Assembly (NCBI GenBank): GCA_963674735.2
Contig: CAXXQS010000001.1
Coordinates: forward strand, 1,312,001-1,376,000
DNA: 64,000 bases
DNA from: Myxococcota bacterium
GTDB taxonomy: Bacteria; Myxococcota_A; SURF-8
Reading direction: 5' to 3'
The notes below the pieces were generated by a model that was given only the letters and a program-made list of their open reading frames with translations, was not told the DNA's origin and made no database searches. Positions within the stretch are counted from its first letter, which is position 1. Every line of letters starts with the position of its first letter. The position numbers were made by a program, and so were the translations under genes. Below, one piece after another: positions 59,542-64,000 of the stretch.

Positions 59542-60033
59542 ATGAAAATGCACGTAGTTGAGAAACTCACATCGAACGTTATCGTTACGCTGTTTTTCAT
59601 CCTGGCGATGTCTGTTATAGCCGTGCCTGATGCGTTTGCGTTTGTGGATGACGATTTTACCGATCATGAGAATGCGTTGGATTGCAATTCTGCTGACTTT
59701 GAGGGCCTCACTCCAGCCATCGCACAATGTCCGTACGGTGGAAAAGACAAAAACGACGTCACCGACAAATCCGAAACGGCCAAAGCCGACACCGCATCCG
59801 GGTGTCCGTGCATGAAGCGCGGGAAAGGCGGTTGTCCTGGAATGCAAAAATCGGACGGGACGGGCTGTGCGAAAAATGAAGGAGGTTGCCCCTGCAAAGG
59901 CGAGGGGCAAGAATGTGGGAAAATGAAGGCTCGATCCGGGGACTGTCCTTACGCGAATTCGGCGAAAAAAGAACAAGAAAAAGAAACCGATGAAAATGAA
60001 GAAGCAGGAGACGAAAAAACCGAGTCTGAATAA
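59542..60033 (+). CDS. Small exported Cys-rich low-complexity protein
   Basis: aggag RBS; signal peptide ending AFA; CP/GC repeats; charged tail. Confidence 0.7.
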   Translation: MKMHVVEKLTSNVIVTLFFILAMSVIAVPDAFAFVDDDFTDHENALDCNSADFEGLTPAIAQCPYGGKDKNDVTDKSETAKADTASGCPCMKRGKGGCPGMQKSDGTGCAKNEGGCPCKGEGQECGKMKARSGDCPYANSAKKEQEKETDENEEAGDEKTESE

Positions 60034-60035
60034 GG

Positions 60036-60730
60036 CTATTTCAGCTCCCATTTTTTCATAAGCGTTTCATAGTCCGTTTTCCGTTGCGGCCTCTCCGGAC
60101 ACGTCCAACAACAGGGGGCTGACGGCAGACCTTGCGTGCGAAAGCGATGTCGTGAGTGGCGATCAAACATGGAAGCATCCAAACTCGCTAAAAGCTCCGC
60201 GAGTCGGTTTTTGCCAGGCGGGTCCAGACCGGCCGTCGGTTCGTCCAGCAGCAGCAGTTCCGGCCTCATGACCATCACTCCCGCGAGTGCTACACGCTGC
60301 TTTTGTCCATGGGAAAGATCGTAGAACCAGCCTATCCGCCAGATCCTGTGCTTCAAGCAGGGTCAAGGTTTCGAGAGCCTGTCGTTCCGCTTCGGCTTTT
60401 TTCATCCCCAAGCTTTTAAGCCCGAAAGCGACATCATCGAGCACACGCGGGAAGAGAAGCTGCTCTTCGGGGACATTGAACAAGTATCCGACTTTTCGCC
60501 GGATATTCGAATGTGTTTCGGGACTGACGATCGTTTCACCAACCCTGATTTCACCTACGTGCGGGAGCAATCCGACGATTGTCTTCAGAAGGGTGGTTTT
60601 GCCTGTTCCGTTCAAGCCCAAAAGCGCGGTTCGCTCCCCAGGCGGAATACGGAACGAAAATGCCATTCAGGGTCGGCTCCGATGCATGCGGGTAGGTGAC
60701 GCAGACCTTTTGGCAGGATAGCTCGATCAT
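60036..60730 (-). pseudogene. ECF transporter ATPase (CbiO/EcfA-like), broken by at least three frameshifts (decay or sequencing error)
   Basis: [24 protein letters not shown] and ATHD are separated by frame changes; extra bases near 60658, 60328 and 60166. Confidence 0.8.
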
Positions 60731-61500
60731 GTTGTTTCCATCCATCGGATAAGAACAGAGCCGAGTAAGATGCACACGGCAAAGACCGTTGAAAGACTGT
60801 CGGAAATGGCCCAGCTTGGGTTGTTTTCCCCCTTCTTTGAACGATCGAGGTCGTAATTGTAATTTCGTATTTCCATCGCATCACCGACACGTTCGGCGCG
60901 ATACAAAACCCGGGGCAACCAGACGCGTGGGAGCGCCGTTGAAAGCGCCATCATCGATCGCCAGCCACTCAATCCACCTCGAACATTGACAGCCTGGAGA
61001 ATGCCGTGTGTTTCGTGAGCGAGAGCATGCGCTTGATGGATGATTTGCAAAAGAAGCATCGCCAGTGGGCGCGGAACATGAAGGCGTTTGAAGGATCGCT
61101 CAAGCTCGGGAAGTGTCAACGCCGAGGCCGTCCACGCCGTGATACACATCGTACTTGCGCCCCTGATCGCAATTCGCCAAGGAACCGCCCAGGGCATGGG
61201 GATCAAAGAGGTCGATGCCGAAGAATAGCTCTCAATCCAAGGAGTTAGAAGGAAGAAAGGAATAAACAGGATAAAAGCAAACGAAAGAAGGGGGCCGACA
61301 AGCAGTTTTGGGGGCCGGACTAACAAAAACCACACAGCCGGAATCGTCAGTGACAAAACCAGCCCCCCCGATGAGGCCGGGTCTGCAATGAGAGTCGCGC
61401 TGAAAAGGAGGACGCCAATCAAAAGGCGGACATGTAACGAAAGGCGTTTCACCGGTCCTTGCGCGCTTCCCCAAACTTCGATAAAGCGGTTGCAACTCAT
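60727..61500 (-). CDS. ECF transporter T component (CbiQ/EcfT-like)
   Basis: TM helices; VPRPL; RG motifs; RAERVGDAMEIR; ATG 61500. Confidence 0.8.
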   Translation of the reverse strand: MSCNRFIEVWGSAQGPVKRLSLHVRLLIGVLLFSATLIADPASSGGLVLSLTIPAVWFLLVRPPKLLVGPLLSFAFILFIPFFLLTPWIESYSSASTSLIPMPWAVPWRIAIRGASTMCITAWTASALTLPELERSFKRLHVPRPLAMLLLQIIHQAHALAHETHGILQAVNVRGGLSGWRSMMALSTALPRVWLPRVLYRAERVGDAMEIRNYNYDLDRSKKGENNPSWAISDSLSTVFAVCILLGSVLIRWMETT

Positions 61501-61502
61501 CG

Positions 61503-62118
61503 TTAATCTTTGGGATTCAGGGCGGTTACAATGTATTCCTCGGTTGAATCGACCTGCGTTAAAACCGTTAGATTTGCAGCTGTTACAAGTTTTGATAACT
61601 CTTCGGCCGGGATTAAAACATGCGTTTTGACGGCCTCGCCTGCCCGCATTGGCATGAATATGGTTGATGGTCTCGCGAGAGTCGATATGCCAGATGTGAA
61701 GGAAGCCTCCCGGCTTCAGCACCCGCTTAATTTCTAACAGCGCCTTTTCCGGCTCCTCCACGTGCGGCCACATCGAGAAACACAAAACCCGGTCGAGAGA
61801 CCGATCCTCGACCGGCAGGCAACAGACATCCGCCACATGAAAAACGGACCGCGGATCGGGATTTTTGGCTTTAGCTAGTTCGATCATCTGCGGAGACACG
61901 TCAACGGCCATGACACGTCCCGATTCATCCAACCGTTCTAAAAGTTTACGGGTCAGATTGCCGGTCCCACAACCGACATCCAGAACGCATTCCCCCGCTG
62001 TGATGCCAAAACGCGACAAGCCAGCGGAAATACGGCGGTTGATGCTGTCCATGTCCATCCAACCATCCCATTTGTCGGCGATGGAATCGAAGTAGTCGCT
62101 TACAGAAGGGTGTGTCAT
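61503..62118 (-). CDS. Class I SAM methyltransferase with a frameshift near 61640 that falsely fuses it to the T component
   Basis: VLDVGCGTG, RVLKPGG; removing the 4-nt aggc duplication restores GEAVKTHVLIPAEEL...NPKD* ending just before the next ATG. Confidence 0.75.
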
Positions 62119-62131
62119 GTTTTTACCCCTT

Positions 62132-62659
62132 TTACGCTTGATAATTTCGTGATTTCGCCAAACGAGCCAACGGAGGAATCACGATCATCATGAGGATCAG
62201 CCCCGGCCAGCCACTAATGAACGATGCACCCGCCACGAAAGCGGCGGGAAGCTCAATGACAAGCGAGACCCCATAGATCATGGCAACATATAATATTCTG
62301 CCGATAAACAAAACAGGAATCAACACCAGCCATTCGTTCAGCTTCGGACGTTTCTTGCAGGCCAAGGCAAGCAGAGCGGCCATGATCGAAAGTTCAATCG
62401 CCATCAGAACGGCAACCGGCGGGTAAAAGGGCGGCATACCGGTCACAACACCCGAAAGCAACGGAACGACCAAGGCTGTCAAAGCGGCGGGAGCGGGCGA
62501 TACGAAAAAGCCCAGGGCCAGCAAAGGCAGATACATCGGCATGAAGATGTGACCCAGGTGCAGAGCATGAAATAAAACCGGCAACAACAAGCCCGCCGCG
62601 CCGAATAGTCCGCACATTGCCAACTCGCGTGAGGTAAACAATCGCTTGCCGCTAGCCAT
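62132..62659 (-). CDS. ECF transporter substrate-binding (S) component
   Basis: ~175 aa, about six TM; LPVLFH..FMPMYLP; PLLS..TGMPP; WPGL. Confidence 0.85.
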   Translation of the reverse strand: MASGKRLFTSRELAMCGLFGAAGLLLPVLFHALHLGHIFMPMYLPLLALGFFVSPAPAALTALVVPLLSGVVTGMPPFYPPVAVLMAIELSIMAALLALACKKRPKLNEWLVLIPVLFIGRILYVAMIYGVSLVIELPAAFVAGASFISGWPGLILMMIVIPPLARLAKSRNYQA

Positions 62660-62660
62660 A

Positions 62661-63998
62661 TCAGATCCTTACCTTCAATCCTGCCATGGTGTTGAGCCCC
62701 GGCATGGGATAACTTTTAATGTACTCGTAGGGTTGATTGAGAATATTTCGTATCAACACATACGGTTCGACTGCGAAGCCCCGCTCATTCGGCTCATAGC
62801 GATAGCGGACGGTCAGATCGATGAAGAAGACATTGTCGATAGCGTCGCGTTTGTAGTTTTCCATATACAAGCCGTGCACCCATTCACCGCTGATGCACCC
62901 GGCAATCCAATGCTCGCCGAAGTCATGGTTTGCCTCGATGCTAAAGTTGACCTTCGCATCGGGGTTTTGCTTGGTATAGCGGCCGATATCTTGCCAATTA
63001 CCAGTTACGGAAAGGCTTACAGGGCCGAGCTTTTTCAACCCCAGACGGCCTTCCACACCCCAGATGACCACTTCATCGATATTCACCACTTCCGATGACG
63101 GCCAGGAACCGAAATACTTTATCATGTTATCGGCCTGGGTTCGATATCCGCTGGTCGAAAATTCGACATGTTCGAAGTCCAGCCCAAAGCCGACGTCCCA
63201 GTTGAGAGAGTATTCAGGCTTCAAATCCGGGTTGGCCGAAGGGAAGGGCAGGTAAAGCTCGCGCAGAGTGGGTTGTCGGAAATTTCGCGTAATCCGTGAA
63301 CGAAGATGCAAGCCTTTGTAAAACTCCCAGCGAGCGCCCCCTTTGTAAAGGAAAACAAAACCGTATTTGGTGCTCAGCAATTCCCGCGAGCCGAGAACAA
63401 GGCTCAAGCCTTTGATCGGCTTCCAAGTGAGCTGATTGAAAAAGGCGTAATTGGCGACACCCTTCACATCTTCATCTTCCTGCTCAATACGATCCGTGAC
63501 TTCGCCTTCAACCCATTCCCCCGATATTCCGAGAAGCAGATCCAATGTTTTGTGAAGATGGATGTCGAATTCCGCATTAACTCCGGTAACATAGTCTTCG
63601 GAATAAAACCCGTCGTACAAACGATGGACACCGACATTCAAGAACGGCAGCAAACGAAAATCGAACCATTTATGCTCATAATCGAGTCTTAATGACACGC
63701 TATCCCGCCAGACGTTATACCAGTGCCCCGAATTCGGGTGAGTCGCCGGGCCCGGATCTTCTCCTTCAAGATGAACGACTTTATTTCGTAGAGTCAGGGA
63801 GACTTCAGGTAGCAGTCGCCAGCGCAGACCGTTCGAGGCAACCAGGTTCATCCCTCCCGAGCTATCCCGATGACCGTCGGTTCGAAAGTAATGGAAGGCA
63901 CTGGCGAGGTCCCAATCGCCCCAGCGGCCCAGGAAGGCGACAGTTTCGCGTATCGATTGAAAGCTGCCGTAAGCGGCGTCGTTTTCAAGCTCGAATCC
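62661..63998 (-). CDS. TonB-dependent receptor, 5' part outside the window
   Basis: Frame open to the window edge (AYGSF, RTDGHR); FRQPTLRELY, NPDLKPE, GVE, NILNQPY..MPG. Confidence 0.92.
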   Translation of the reverse strand, partial: GFELENDAAYGSFQSIRETVAFLGRWGDWDLASAFHYFRTDGHRDSSGGMNLVASNGLRWRLLPEVSLTLRNKVVHLEGEDPGPATHPNSGHWYNVWRDSVSLRLDYEHKWFDFRLLPFLNVGVHRLYDGFYSEDYVTGVNAEFDIHLHKTLDLLLGISGEWVEGEVTDRIEQEDEDVKGVANYAFFNQLTWKPIKGLSLVLGSRELLSTKYGFVFLYKGGARWEFYKGLHLRSRITRNFRQPTLRELYLPFPSANPDLKPEYSLNWDVGFGLDFEHVEFSTSGYRTQADNMIKYFGSWPSSEVVNIDEVVIWGVEGRLGLKKLGPVSLSVTGNWQDIGRYTKQNPDAKVNFSIEANHDFGEHWIAGCISGEWVHGLYMENYKRDAIDNVFFIDLTVRYRYEPNERGFAVEPYVLIRNILNQPYEYIKSYPMPGLNTMAGLKVRI

Positions 63999-64000
63999 GG

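Noticed and set aside
60727-62118. Novel methyltransferase-EcfT fusion protein
   Set aside because: The linker is out-of-frame sequence; removing a 4-nt duplication yields two normal genes
1-64000. CRISPR array, rRNA, intact transposase or integrase
   Set aside because: None seen; the periodic repeats found are inside coding sequence or are isolated palindromes

Overview
64 kb of chromosome from a moderately GC-rich Gram-negative bacterium. Gene content (Cys-rich surface proteins, LptD, PilZ, FHA-sigma54 activator, multiheme cytochrome) suggests a Myxococcota/deltaproteobacteria-like lineage; this is inference. It holds a 5'-truncated giant Cys-rich protein with three ~610-aa repeats, an ALDH/ThDP enzyme pair, and a FadL-like porin plus lipoprotein divergent from two class-III aminotransferases and a Zn-dehydrogenase. 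It also holds a clostripain lipoprotein, lon, an Nfu-type protein, nikR, a decayed low-GC islet at tRNA-Leu(CAG), slt, a USP-porin-13-heme cytochrome operon, lptD, a PqqD-rSAM/SPASM enzyme and a TonB receptor/ECF transporter operon with frameshifts. Best leads: (1) a 30-aa Cys-containing RiPP precursor candidate missing from the ORF track, directly after the PqqD-rSAM/SPASM gene; (2) two aminotransferases with complementary loss of active-site residues, implying an obligate heterodimer, behind a FadR-like operator; (3) a porin-13-heme cytochrome conduit; (4) a shared DGD-repeat tether in five unrelated lipoproteins. All calls come from motif reading by eye; no database searches were run.
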